Notes: generated from the sequence alone by a model not told the origin. Shown: positions 42,627 to 53,420, counted from the stretch's first letter. The stretch is 64,000 nt of DNA from an uncultured delta proteobacterium (GCA_963794325.1 CAWCDG010000004.1:320001-384000), one strand, 5' to 3'. Translations and numbers: made by a program.

Positions 42627-42766
42627 GTCATTCAGAGCGAAAGTTACTGTAGCGAAGAATCCCGGATTTGACGACGCAAAAATGCTCGCATGCGCCATGG
42701 TTGAGGGTTGAGTCGGCCGGCATTCAGAAGAACCGGCGATCTCTTTGTCATTCGCTCAGAATGACA
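42627..42766. repeat. REP-like inverted doublet (family C)
   Basis: GTCATTCAGAGCGAA (42627-42641) pairs with TTCGCTCAGAATGAC (42751-42765), 1 mismatch. Confidence 0.6.
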
Positions 42767-42799
42767 TCAAGGAGGTAAGATTCGCTGCGCTCAATTCCT

Positions 42800-43279
42800 T
42801 CACAGACTCTCTGAAACGACACGAGGGAACCTAACCCCTAACCCCTTCCCGAGCGGGAAGGGGAACCGGATGAAAAGAGCTGGCCGCGGGCGTCGCGCTG
42901 AGTAGCGGGAGGCGGCGATCCGTTTGTATTGGCGATCCGCCATCCATGCGTAGCCAGGGATGTACCATAGATAGGCGAGGTAGCCCTTGAGGCCGTGCTG
43001 TCGGCGGAGAATCTCGTTGATGGCGCGGGCGCCGCGATAGACGCGGCCGGTTTCGTCGACTGCGTGCAATTCTTCGAGCAGGTTCTCCATTTTCAGCTCG
43101 GGGAATTTCGCGCGCACTTCTTCATCATGAAGATCGAGCGGCTCCATCTTGCCCGAGTTGTCGAATTGCCGGATTCCGTCGAGACTGGCCCGGCACATCT
43201 CGCACGAGCCGTCGTACAGAATCGCGAGCTTGCCCGGCGACGCCTTGCCGACAGTCTCCGCCTGCCCGCTATCGACCAT
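42800..43279 (-). CDS. DCC1-like / DUF393 thiol-disulfide oxidoreductase
   Basis: ILYDGSCEMC, LHAVDETGRVYRGARA, YKRIAASRY. The 3' end runs through repeat B. Confidence 0.85.
   Translation of the reverse strand: MVDSGQAETVGKASPGKLAILYDGSCEMCRASLDGIRQFDNSGKMEPLDLHDEEVRAKFPELKMENLLEELHAVDETGRVYRGARAINEILRRQHGLKGYLAYLWYIPGYAWMADRQYKRIAASRYSARRPRPALFIRFPFPLGKGLGVRFPRVVSESL
42828..42871 (+). repeat. REP-like repeat family B, copy 1
   Basis: AACCTAACCCCTAACCCCTTCCC-GAGC-GGGAAGGGGAACCGGAT. Confidence 0.85.
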
Positions 43280-43284
43280 CGCGG

Positions 43285-43800
43285 TCAGCGTTGCGACCAC
43301 TTCGGATTCACATGCATCCGGCGCAGTCGCGCTTTCTCCTGAACGATGCGCCATTCGTAACCGTCGAGGAGCGACACCCAGGCCGACTCGATGGTGTTCG
43401 AGGACTTCGCAAGGGTGGTCCAGACCAGGTCGCCGTCGGCAAATTTTTTAACGGACACGACGTCGGCCTCGGTCGAGGCGCCGGTCGCGTGCTGGTAGGT
43501 TTCGATAACTTTCACCGGCTCGAGATACGGGAAATATTTGAGCAGCGCTTTGCGCAGCGCGGTGTCGAGCGCATGGAGGACGCCGACGCCCGATGCCGCC
43601 TCGGTCTCCTCGACGTCGCCGATGCGAATGATCAGCGTCGCGTCGACGATCATCTTGCCGTCGTACACGTCGTCGATCACGCGCCTGCGCACTATTTGGA
43701 AGGGCGGGAGGTAGCCGCTCGATGCGCGCAGCTTAGCCAACTCGCGCGACGCCTGGGGCGGTTCCGCTTCGTAAAAATCTGCCTGACGTTCAGTGCTCAT
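43285..43800 (-). CDS. Stand-alone LeuA/CimA allosteric (regulatory) domain protein
   Basis: ATLIIRIG...AASGVGVLHALDTALRKALLKYFPYL...WTTL..SSNTIESAWVSLLDGYEW matches the citramalate synthase C-terminus. No catalytic barrel. Confidence 0.75.
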   Translation of the reverse strand: MSTERQADFYEAEPPQASRELAKLRASSGYLPPFQIVRRRVIDDVYDGKMIVDATLIIRIGDVEETEAASGVGVLHALDTALRKALLKYFPYLEPVKVIETYQHATGASTEADVVSVKKFADGDLVWTTLAKSSNTIESAWVSLLDGYEWRIVQEKARLRRMHVNPKWSQR

Positions 43801-43952
43801 CCGGCCTACCTAAAATTTCCGGTGATTGTTCTAATTTGATTATCATGAGCCTTCCAACGGCTTTCAAGGACAAACAGAGTTGCCATAATAGTTGACTCGT
43901 GACAGCAGAGCGTGCGCGAGCGAGTCGCCCTGGTAACCAAAACCACAAATTG

Positions 43953-45992
43953 ATGAATATCCTCGAACGATCCCGCCTCTCCCCGCGATTGTTCCCCTTC
44001 CCTCGAGGGAAGGGGTTAGGGGTTAGGTTGTGGATAATCGTCGCGATCTTTCTCGCGCATCCCGATCTCGCTCGCGCGTCGCAGGTTCGCATTCCGCTGA
44101 CTATCGACTACATCACGCTGCGCGAGGCGCTCAAGCGCAAGCTCTACACCGCGCCCGGAGGACGTGCGGAGCTGTGGAACGGTGTCAGCGACTGCCAATA
44201 TCTCTACGCGGAAAATCCCGAGTTCTCGCGCGCGGCCGGCGGTGGCGCTACGACCGTGCAACTGGAGACCAGCAACAGCCTCGGGCTCGGCCTGTCGGTT
44301 GGATCGCAATGCCTCAACGCGGTGCAATGGAGCGGAATCGTGCAGGCGCTGGGCGTGCCGTACATCGCGCGGGGCCTTCAGCTCAAATTTCATTTCACCG
44401 ATTTGAATCTCTTCGACTCGGCGCATCAGAAGGCGGAGCTGGTGAGCCAGGGCTTCGACCAGATCAAGGGCTACCTGATTCCACGGCTCAATGATTTTTC
44501 GTACGACCTCAATCCCTCGGTCAAGCAACTGGCCGCGATGATCACCGATTCGATTCCCGCCGATGCTGCCGACCGGGTGCGGGCGGCGATTGCGAGTCTC
44601 ACCGCCGAACCGAATATCGTCGCACTCGACGAAGGCCTGCGGGTCACGCTGGTGATGACGGTTCCTGACGTGCGGGCTGCTGGAGTAGTTCCGGGCGCGG
44701 CGTCCTCGCCCTCGCCGGCGGAACTCAAGGCGTTTCAGGACACGCTCGATCAATGGGATGCGTTTCTGGTTTTCTCGATCAAGAACCTGGGCAGCGCGGT
44801 CGGCGACCAGCAGTTCCGCGACCAGTTGCTGCAAATTCTGCTCGACAGCCGCTACCGTCTGGTGCAGGAGCTGAATAATCCGCCGACCGGAGGCGGTCCC
44901 GATCCGGTGCGGCTGCTATTTCTCGACGAATGGCGGCAGTTGCATGATGCGGTGCGCGCAGCGGCGCGGCGCGGGATGCTGGGGGCGCACGCGCTGGAAT
45001 TCATGTCGTTCATCTCGGCCGGCGATGCGCTGTTTGCGCTCGATCAGGCGGCGCCCGCGCTGGGGATGCGCATCTCGGCCGCCGATCTCCGTCGCCTCGC
45101 ACATATCATGGCGCCGAGCGCGACCGGCGACCCGCTTAAGTTCGATTACCGCGAAGATCCCGACATGAAGAAACTTTTTGCGGTCCCCGAGCCGCCGCGA
45201 AGTCGCCATCCAATCGAAGAGGAGAGTATCCCACCGTCTACGCCCAGCGCGGCACCGGCGCCGAAACCTAGCGCGCGATTGTTCCCTCGAAGCTCGGGGT
45301 TAGGGGTCAGGTTGCTGGTGGCCATCTCTCCCAACGAAGCGGACGCCGCCGAAGACGCCGGACATCTGCAGATAAACCGCCTTCAGGACGTCGCCGACCG
45401 GCTGTACCGGCTCGTCGTCAATGAAGAAAATGTCGGCGCGTATCGCCGCGACATGAGCCTGCTGCTGAATCTGAGCGCGGCCTACCGACTCGGGCAGGTC
45501 ACTGCCGGCATACATGCGCTCGACACTGACAACGGCCGAGTGTACGTCACGCTGGTGATGAGCACGGCGTGGCAGGAAAGCTGCTGGCGGCAATTCGTGA
45601 TGGCGGGCGCGCGCGTCCGATGGCTGGAATCGGCGACCGGCGATATCGGCCTGATGCAGGTGAACAAGCATGTGTGGCGCGGGTTTTACGATCTCGACCG
45701 TCTCAAGTGGGACGTGCTCTACAACGCGGGCGCGGGATGCGAGATCCTCGCGCAGATGATGCAGTATGCGGCCGTGACGCAACCGAAGTTCGACCCAGTG
45801 CTGATTTCGAGCCATCTGGCGCGATCGACGTACGCCGGCTACAACGGCGGCCCGGCGGCGTGCAATCGATGGCGCCGGCGCGAGCCGCCGGCTCTCAAGC
45901 AAATCGATTCGAGCTTCCTGGAAAAATATCGCGCGATAGAAGACGGCGCGCAGATCGACATCCTGAACTGCGCCCGCGGCTGGAGCCATTGA
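43953..45992 (+). CDS. Exported protein with C-terminal lytic transglycosylase (SLT) domain
   Basis: AWQESCW, DIGLMQVN, YAGYNGGP SLT motifs and a signal peptide. Confidence 0.85.
   Translation: MNILERSRLSPRLFPFPRGKGLGVRLWIIVAIFLAHPDLARASQVRIPLTIDYITLREALKRKLYTAPGGRAELWNGVSDCQYLYAENPEFSRAAGGGATTVQLETSNSLGLGLSVGSQCLNAVQWSGIVQALGVPYIARGLQLKFHFTDLNLFDSAHQKAELVSQGFDQIKGYLIPRLNDFSYDLNPSVKQLAAMITDSIPADAADRVRAAIASLTAEPNIVALDEGLRVTLVMTVPDVRAAGVVPGAASSPSPAELKAFQDTLDQWDAFLVFSIKNLGSAVGDQQFRDQLLQILLDSRYRLVQELNNPPTGGGPDPVRLLFLDEWRQLHDAVRAAARRGMLGAHALEFMSFISAGDALFALDQAAPALGMRISAADLRRLAHIMAPSATGDPLKFDYREDPDMKKLFAVPEPPRSRHPIEEESIPPSTPSAAPAPKPSARLFPRSSGLGVRLLVAISPNEADAAEDAGHLQINRLQDVADRLYRLVVNEENVGAYRRDMSLLLNLSAAYRLGQVTAGIHALDTDNGRVYVTLVMSTAWQESCWRQFVMAGARVRWLESATGDIGLMQVNKHVWRGFYDLDRLKWDVLYNAGAGCEILAQMMQYAAVTQPKFDPVLISSHLARSTYAGYNGGPAACNRWRRREPPALKQIDSSFLEKYRAIEDGAQIDILNCARGWSH
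43984..44030 (-). repeat. Repeat family B, copy 2 (inside CDS)
   Basis: CGCGATTGTTCCCCTTCCC-TCGA-GGGAAGGGGTTAGGGGTTAGGTTG. Confidence 0.85.
45274..45314 (-). repeat. Repeat family B, degenerate copy 3 (inside CDS)
   Basis: CGCGATTGTTCCCTCGAAGCTCGGGGTTAGGGGTCAGGTTG. Confidence 0.65.
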
Positions 45993-46014
45993 CGAATTTT
46001 ACGGGGCGTCGATT

Positions 46015-48621
46015 CTACTGCGGACTCATCGTGACGTTGCAGCTTGACGATGCGCTGCCTGAGCCGGTTCCGCTGGGGAGCGCGTCGGAATAAGCCTCGA
46101 CGGTGATTTCGTAGCATCCTGCGGTCAGCGGCACGCTCATCGAGAACGGAACGTTTTGGCCGTTGCTTGCTTCCTCGTTGACCAGAAACATCGGCATCGG
46201 GGCGACGGTTTCCAGGCTCACAACTGCGGTCGCAGTTATATTGCCCAGATCCTGATTCGCGCTCGCTTGCACAGAACCGCTCACCGAATAGGTGGTGGAG
46301 GAAGCGATGCAGAATTGTGCGTCGAAATTCGTAAAACCCTGGTTCGATGCAGTGCACAGAGGAGACGGGCCGCACAGCGAGAGATCCGCGCTGGAGTCCG
46401 CGGATTCAGTGGCGGTAATCGTCACGCCATTGGCGGCCGAGGTCTGCGATGAAGACGCCGACCCCGATACATCCACGTTGGTGTCGCTGACGCTGATGCT
46501 GTCGGTGAATGAAGGCGTCGAGACCGCGATTGCCTGCGAAGTCGCAACCGAGTGGGGCGTGGCATTCGGGTTGCTCAATGAAACAGAGCCCATCACGTTC
46601 TCGGAAATACTCATGAGGGTATAAGTCGCGGTCGAGGTGCCGGTCGGGCTTGCGGTGGGAGTCGCGGTCGGCGTGGCGCTGCCGGATGAGGTCGGGGTCG
46701 CGGTTGGAGTGGCAGTTTTCGACGGCGTCGAGGAGTGCATCGCGACGGCTTTGCCGGCGAGCTTTATCTTATGATGGCTGGTCTTCGATTGATCGGTGAA
46801 GGTCAGACTTCCGGTGAACTTCTTGTGTGAAGACGGAGGGGCGAAGCTCACAGCTATCTGACAGGTTCCGCCCGGGGGCACTCCCGCCGCGCAGCCGTTG
46901 CTCGCCATGCTGAAGAATTGGCCGGTGACCTGCGGGTTAGTGATGAGATCGTTTCTCTTGCTCTTGTTGTGCAAGGTAACCGGCTTGGTCGGAGCGTTAC
47001 CGGTCGCGACGTTGCCGAAGTTCAGCAATTTCGGCGAGACGGTAAGTTTGATCGGCGGCGGCTTGGGCGTCGCGGTAGCGGTCGCGGTGGCTGTAGTGGT
47101 CGCGGTCTCGGTTGGGGTCGCCGTCGCGGTGGCGGTCGCGGTGTCGGTGGCCGTGATGGTCGGAGTTGCGGTAGTGGTCGCGGTTGCGGTTGCGGTAATG
47201 GTCGCGGTTGCGGTTGCGGTAATGGTCGCGGTTGCGGTTGCGGTCTTCGTCGCGGTCAACGTGGCAGTTGGAGTAACAGTCGCCGTCGGAGTCGAGGTTG
47301 CGGTGGAGGTTCCGGTCGCGGTCGGCGTGGCGGTCGGGGTTACGCCGGAGGTATCGGTCGCGGTGGCCGTCGCGGTCATCGTGTCAGTCGCGGTCATCGT
47401 GTCAGTCGCGGTGGAAGTCGCGGTCGCGGATGCGGTCGCAGTCGAGGTTGCAGTTGGCGTGGCGGTCGAGGTCGGGGTCGGCGTCGCCAGGGCGTCGATC
47501 GATTCGAAGGCGCCGATGTCGCACGCGCCGCTGTTATCGCCGGGGTCAGGGCGCGGATCGCCGCGCTGATCGGTCGCAAGGCAATTTGCAATCGCGACTG
47601 CATTAACCGCCGGGCTGGTCGCTTGCAACGCGATCGTGTCGGTCGAGCCACCATTGTTCTGGAGCCCGTTGATATCCAGCAGCGGACTGACGTTGTCGCC
47701 GATGGTATCGCCGTTGGCGCCGGTGCTGGTCCCGAGGCCGCACGAACTGTCGTCAGAGATATTGTCGCCGCCGTTTGCGATGACGCCGGAGCTCACCACG
47801 CCGCAGTTGAGCCCGGTGCTGTTGGCCAAAATCGAGTTGGTAACCTGGAGCATCGTGCCGTTGGCCAGAATCGCCGCGCCGGCGCCACCAGCGCCTGCGC
47901 TGTTGTTCGAGAACGTGCTGCTGGTCACGGTCCCGCCGTGGTCGGTGTGGATAGCCCCGCCGCCCGCCGCAGTATTGCCTGAAAAGGTGCAGTTGCTGAC
48001 GGTCATCGTACCCGTGCCGTTGTAGATGGCGCCGCCGGCTGAGGCTGCGTTCCCAATCAGGGTGGAATTGGTAACGGCAAGGGTGCCGTCGTTAAAGACG
48101 CCGCCGCCGTTTCCGGCGGTGTCGCCGTTGGCAATCGTCAGGTTGTTGAGAGTGAGGCCGCCCGAGAAATTCACGAAGATGCTATGCGCGCCGCCGCCAT
48201 CGATTGTGATCGTCTGGCCGGTTCCGTCGATTTCGACGACGTGCTGAATCGAGGGCAGTCCGCTCGCGAGCGCGATAGTCCCGCTGAGGCTGAACACGAT
48301 CGTGTCGGTGCCGGTGCCCGCTGCGCAATCGCCGTTCGAGGTATCGGCCTTGGCGTTGGCGTTGGAAATCGCCTCACGAAGACTGCATAGCTTGTCGCCG
48401 GTGGTGCTCGGATCATTGAGCGAGTTGACGGTTATCGTGTTGCCGCCGGCGGCATAGAGCGAATGGCGGAGGCCGAGAACAACGATCGGGACGATCAGGA
48501 TAGCGAGCACGGCAAGAATCGCCGGCCGCACTATCCCACGGGCAAAATACCGGGCCACCGCCGGCACACTGACTCCTCTCCCCACCTGTGCAATTCCGCT
48601 TGGCGCGCGATGCTTTGTCAA
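46015..48621 (-). CDS. Surface protein: CSLREA domain, beta-helix / choice-of-anchor Q, Thr-Ala linker, Ig-like choice-of-anchor D domain
   Basis: CSLREAI, GGAI repeats, DQRG..R....CDIGAFE, (TA)n tract, LNFGNV...CQIAVSFAP. Start uncertain. Confidence 0.85.
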   Translation of the reverse strand: MTKHRAPSGIAQVGRGVSVPAVARYFARGIVRPAILAVLAILIVPIVVLGLRHSLYAAGGNTITVNSLNDPSTTGDKLCSLREAISNANAKADTSNGDCAAGTGTDTIVFSLSGTIALASGLPSIQHVVEIDGTGQTITIDGGGAHSIFVNFSGGLTLNNLTIANGDTAGNGGGVFNDGTLAVTNSTLIGNAASAGGAIYNGTGTMTVSNCTFSGNTAAGGGAIHTDHGGTVTSSTFSNNSAGAGGAGAAILANGTMLQVTNSILANSTGLNCGVVSSGVIANGGDNISDDSSCGLGTSTGANGDTIGDNVSPLLDINGLQNNGGSTDTIALQATSPAVNAVAIANCLATDQRGDPRPDPGDNSGACDIGAFESIDALATPTPTSTATPTATSTATASATATSTATDTMTATDTMTATATATDTSGVTPTATPTATGTSTATSTPTATVTPTATLTATKTATATATITATATATITATATATTTATPTITATDTATATATATPTETATTTATATATATPKPPPIKLTVSPKLLNFGNVATGNAPTKPVTLHNKSKRNDLITNPQVTGQFFSMASNGCAAGVPPGGTCQIAVSFAPPSSHKKFTGSLTFTDQSKTSHHKIKLAGKAVAMHSSTPSKTATPTATPTSSGSATPTATPTASPTGTSTATYTLMSISENVMGSVSLSNPNATPHSVATSQAIAVSTPSFTDSISVSDTNVDVSGSASSSQTSAANGVTITATESADSSADLSLCGPSPLCTASNQGFTNFDAQFCIASSTTYSVSGSVQASANQDLGNITATAVVSLETVAPMPMFLVNEEASNGQNVPFSMSVPLTAGCYEITVEAYSDALPSGTGSGSASSSCNVTMSPQ

Positions 48622-48831
48622 GCGGAATCGAGCAGCCTGACGATTTCGTTGGGCGATTGTTTCAAACTAAAGATGAAGCACTCATCGGTATGCGCGGGCG
48701 CGGACGCACGCGCGTCGACGGCGGGCACGGCGGCCCGCCCCACTATAAAACCAGAATCTACTCAGGACAGCACGGATCCGCCGGAGCGATTTAATTTCGC
48801 CCCGGCGGGTTTGCATCTGGAGAGTCTCGGA

Positions 48832-51800
48832 TTACAGGCCCGCGCCGGTCAGATTCACACTGTGCGGGCTGGCCGCGTCGGGACTGTCGCCAATCGCGAC
48901 CGATGCCGACTCTGAGGCTGGCACGCTCGGTTTGAAGGTCACACCGACGTGGCATGACGCGCCGCCGGCCAGCGTCGCTCCGCACGGCGTAATCGTGGCG
49001 GTGGTTTGCGAGAAATCGCCGGCGTTGGAGCCGCTGATCGCCGGCGTCGAGAGCGCGAGCGTTGCGGTGGCGAGGTTCGTGACGGTAATTGTCAGCGCCT
49101 TCGATTTGGGCCGCGCGACAGTTCCGAATGCGAGTGTCGTCGCGGGAGCCAGCCTGACCGGGGTTACGCCGGTGCCTGACAGCGCGATGGTGTGCGGGCT
49201 GGTCGGATCCTGATCGATGCTGACAGTGAGGGTTGCGCTCTCAGGCGTCTCGGCGCTCGGCGTGAAGGTCACCGGGATCAGGCAGACGGTATTGCCTGCG
49301 CAAGTTTCGCCCGCGGCCACCCCGAAGTCTGCCGCGTTAGTACCTGCTATGCCCTGGCTGACCGTCAGCGTGAACGGCGACAGATTGGTCACCTTAAGCG
49401 TGCTGAGGGTCCTGGTTGCCGACTGCGCGACGTTGCCAAAAGCCTGGGTTGTCGGCGTGACAGTAGCGGGAATCGTCGGCCCGGTGCTGAGCGCGAGGGT
49501 ATGTGGACCGAGCGGATCGGGGCTGTCGGAGACGGTCAGCGTGGCAGCTTCCGTGCCCAGGCTGCCCGGCTTGAATGACACCGTGATCGTGCAAGTCTTC
49601 GATGCGGCCAGAGTCGCAGTGCAGGAGCCTGCAGTTACCGAGAAGTCGGCGCCGTTGGTTCCACTGAAGCTCTCGCCGAGAGACACCTGCCGCGTTTGAT
49701 GATTGGTGACGCTGAAAGTCTTGAGCCCGGTTGCACCGAACTTCACATTCCCGAACACCAGGCTGCTGGTCGAGGTTGTCAGATCGACGACGCCGCTGCC
49801 GCTGAGTGCCGAGTGCTGCGGGCTGGTGCTGGCATTGTCGGTGAGCGTCATCGTCGCGGTATGTGCGCCGAGCGCGTTCGGCGTAAACGCTACGCCAAGG
49901 GTGCAATTTGAAACCGGCGCGAGGGTAATCGGAATCGCACCGCAGGTTCCCGTGCCGCTCAGTGAATACTCGGCCGGGTCGGAGGATATCGCGCTCGAGA
50001 CGATCAGCGGATGGGTTCTGCCAGTGTTGAAGACCGTCAGATTTTTGGTAACCGTCTGACCTACCGCCACATTGCCGAACGCCAGCGATGCGGTCACCGA
50101 CATCGAGGTGGTCGGCGTTGCACTGGGCGAGGCGGTTGCGGTCGCGGTCGCGGTTACGGTCGGGGTTGCAGTCATGGTCGCAGTCGCTGTTGCGGTTGAG
50201 GTGGTGGTTGCAGTCGAGGTTGCGGTGGCAGTGAGTGTTGGCGTTGCCGTTGCTGTGGCCGTAGTAGTCGATGTCGCGGTGGCGGTATTCGTTGCGGTGG
50301 CCGTGGCCGTCGGTGTCGCCGTCGCGGTTGCGGTATTTGTCGCGGTGGCTGTGGCGGTCGCCGTGGCTGTCTGCGTCGCAGTAGCTGTCGCGGTCGGCGT
50401 CGCGGTTGCAGTCGCGGTTTTCGTTGCAGTCGCCGTTGCTGTTGCCGTAGCCGTCGCGGTGGCTGTGGCGGTCGCAGTTGCGGTGGCGGTCGCGGTTGCA
50501 GTCGCTGTTTTCGTTGCAGTCGCCGTGGCTGTTGCGGTAGCCGTCGCAGTGGCGGTGGCGGTTGCGGTCGGGGTCGGAACTGCGACCGGTTTATCGTATT
50601 CGAGCACGCGGTTGTTCAGAGAGTCGGCGATGTAGAGATTGAAGGCGCCATCGACGGCGACGCCGGTCGGCGCGCATAGGCCATCGGCGGTGCCGCTGGT
50701 CCCATCGAAGTCGCATAACGAGGATGCGAAGCTATTACCTTGGCCGAAAACCGTGTTCGCGGACGCGTCGTTAGAGAGCGGCGCATTGTACTCGAGCACC
50801 CGGTTGTCGTGTTCGTCAGCGACGTACAGATCACCGAAAGCGTCGAGTGCGAGCGCGAAGGGGCTGCACAGGCTGCTCGCGCTCACCCCGCCGCTATCAC
50901 AATTACCAGATAGAAAGTTGGACTGGCCGAGCACCAGCCCGGCGGTCCGGCTGGAAAGCGGGTTCGGGTATTCGAGCACGCGGCTGTTGTCGGTGTCCGC
51001 GACGTAGAGATGGCCGCTGGCGTCCACCGCGACCCCGTCCGGATCGCAGAGGTCGTTGGCGGTGGGATTGCCAAATGTGTCGGAATTACATCCACTGGCG
51101 GCGAAGCTGCCACCCTGCCCGAAAACCAAGTGGGCAGTGGTGCCGCTGATAAGCGGAGTGTTGTATTCGAGCACCCTGCTGTCAGCCTGATCGACGACGT
51201 AGAGGTTGCCGCCCGAGTCCGCCGCAACCCCGATGGGCAAGCATAGGCTGTCCGCGGTCACACCGCTGCCGTCGCAATCGCTGGTGGTAAAATCGCCGCC
51301 CTGCCCGAACACCAAGTTGGCAGACCCGCCGACGCACGGAAACGAACCGCATCCGGCAAATGGGGTGCTGTATTCGAGGACCCGGCTATTGAAATAGTCG
51401 GCGACATAGAGGTTGCCGTTTGCGTCCACTGCAACTCCGATCGGTTCGCAGAGGCTGGCTGCGGTTGGGATGAAGCCACCGTTATGGTTGCAAGCACCCG
51501 ACAGAAAGTCGGGCTGACCGATCACCAAATCGGCCGCGCCGCCGCTGACAAAAGTCGCGACGTTCTTATAACCGAGCACCCGGTTGTTGCCGCTGTCGGC
51601 AATGTAGAGCCGGTTCGGCGAGACGCTTGAATCGATCGCTACGGACTCGGCGAAACTGGGAAACAGAGTATTCGTTCACGGCGCCGTTCAACCCGCGCGC
51701 GTCGATCAGGTTCGCTCCATTATGGGTAAAATCGAACTGACCCAGGACCACATCGGCGGTGGCATCGGTGGTGAGTGGAGAGTTGTATTTCAGCGCGCGG

Positions 51801-53078
51801 TTGTTCCCAAAGTCAGTTACGTATAGATTGCCCGCCGCGTCGGTTGCGACTCCGCCCGCCCTGGCCGGCGACATTGGAAGACAGGCACAGGTCGTTGGCG
51901 CTGGAGACAGCAGAATTGCCCGTGTCATTGTTGCACGCCGATGACGCGAAACTTCCGCCCTGGCCAAAGACATGGTTGGCGGTGGCACTGAAATTCAACG
52001 GAGCGTTGTATTCGAGCACCCGGTTGTTGACCGAGTCCGCAATATAGAGGTCTCCGCTACTATCCACCGCAACCCCCACCGGGAAGTCCAGGCTATTCGC
52101 GCTCTCTCCTCCATTGTTCGCCGCATTGGACGCGAAGCTAAAGTTCTGGCCAAAGACGTTGTTGGCCTGGGCGCTGGTCAACGGATTGAAGTATTCGAGC
52201 ACGCGATTGTTACGGGCGTCGGCGACGTAGAGATCGTTGCTCGAGTCCACCGCGAGCGCTTCAGGGGAGTTAAGGCTAAACGCGTTCACCCCGCTTTGGT
52301 TCGCGGCGGTCGAACTGAAGCTGCCACCCTGGCCGAGGACGAAGTCGGCGATGGTGTTAGTCGTGAGCGGGGTGTTGTACTCGAGTACCCGGTTATCGCT
52401 TTGATCCGAGATGAAAACGTTGCCATTGGAATCCACCGCCACTCCGACCGGATGGCATAGGCTGCTGGCACTCACTCCGCCGCCATCGCAACTGCTGGTG
52501 GTAAAGTTGCCACCTTGCCCGAACACCGAGTTGGCTGATCCGCCAACACACGGAAACGAACCGCATCCGGCGAATGGGGTGCTGTATTCGAGGAGCCGGC
52601 TGTTGAGGGAATCCGCCACGTAAAGATTTCCGCCAGCGTCCACTGCGATTCCGACCGGACCGCATAGGGTACCCCTGGCCGGGGTCACACCGCCATTTCG
52701 GTTGCAGGCGCCCGACTGGAAGTCGGGTTGACCGATCACCAGGTCTGCCGCACCGCCGCTGACAAAGGTGGCAACGTTTTTGTATCCCAGCACGCGGCTG
52801 TTGCCGGTGTCCGAGACGTAGAGGCGATTGGGCGTGACACTTGAGTCAATCGCCACTGATTGGGGAGTCCACGTACCGGTCGCATCGATCAGGTTGAGGC
52901 CGTTGTGGACGAAGTCGGTCTGTCCAAGAACGCGGTCTGCGACGGTGTCGCCGAGCATCGCAATCGAGGGCGTTGCCAGGGCGGCGCCGATGATCAGCAT
53001 CGCAATCATCAGCTCCGGCCGGGCAAACGCTCTCGCGATGCGCGAGCACCGGGTCCGGAATATGTTCAGGTTAGTCAT
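48832..53078 (-). CDS. Large exported NHL-repeat protein with Thr-Ala linker and four choice-of-anchor D domains (frameshifts near 51858 and 51653)
   Basis: ORFs 51813-53162, 51566-51988 and 48832-51579 join. Repeats P.GVAVD..GNLYVAD..N.RVLEY and VFGQ; LAFGNV Ig-like units. Confidence 0.85.
50100..50585 (-). repeat. Degenerate hexanucleotide repeat encoding a (Thr-Ala)n linker
   Basis: GCNACN codon pairs over roughly 160 codons. Confidence 0.9.
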
Positions 53079-53420
53079 TTTTACCGGGCTCCCCTCCCGG
53101 AGAATCCTACATCGAGTACATTCGATCGGACATTTTGTAACATGCCTGATCAAACCAATCAATTATTCGAGTTTGGTTGTTGCCAGACGCGTCTATACGC
53201 GCGACTGACCGGTATGGCGCGGATTTACGCGAGTTTTCTAGGAGTCGGAGATTTTCGACCCGCCCTTAGCTCTGTCACTCCGAAGGATTTCTGAATTGTT
53301 CGGCAACCAAGTCGCGCATGTCACGGTTTTGAGCAGAGTCCGGATCGTGCATTTGCCGCTCCCGCGATTTCACCGAGGGGCTATCCGGTTTTGGCATTCG
53401 GCAGGCGCGGAGGGGCAACC

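Noticed and set aside
42468-42800. T-box leader upstream of cysS
   Set aside because: No T-box consensus seen, and the region is explained by dispersed repeats.
46898-50635. Poly(Val-Ala) ORFs on the + strand and CRISPR-like periodicity
   Set aside because: Reverse complement of the Thr-Ala linkers. No repeat-spacer structure and no cas genes.
53366-53376. CGATTTCAC match to the fabG-like stop region as a possible second att site
   Set aside because: Only about 9 bp, compatible with chance.
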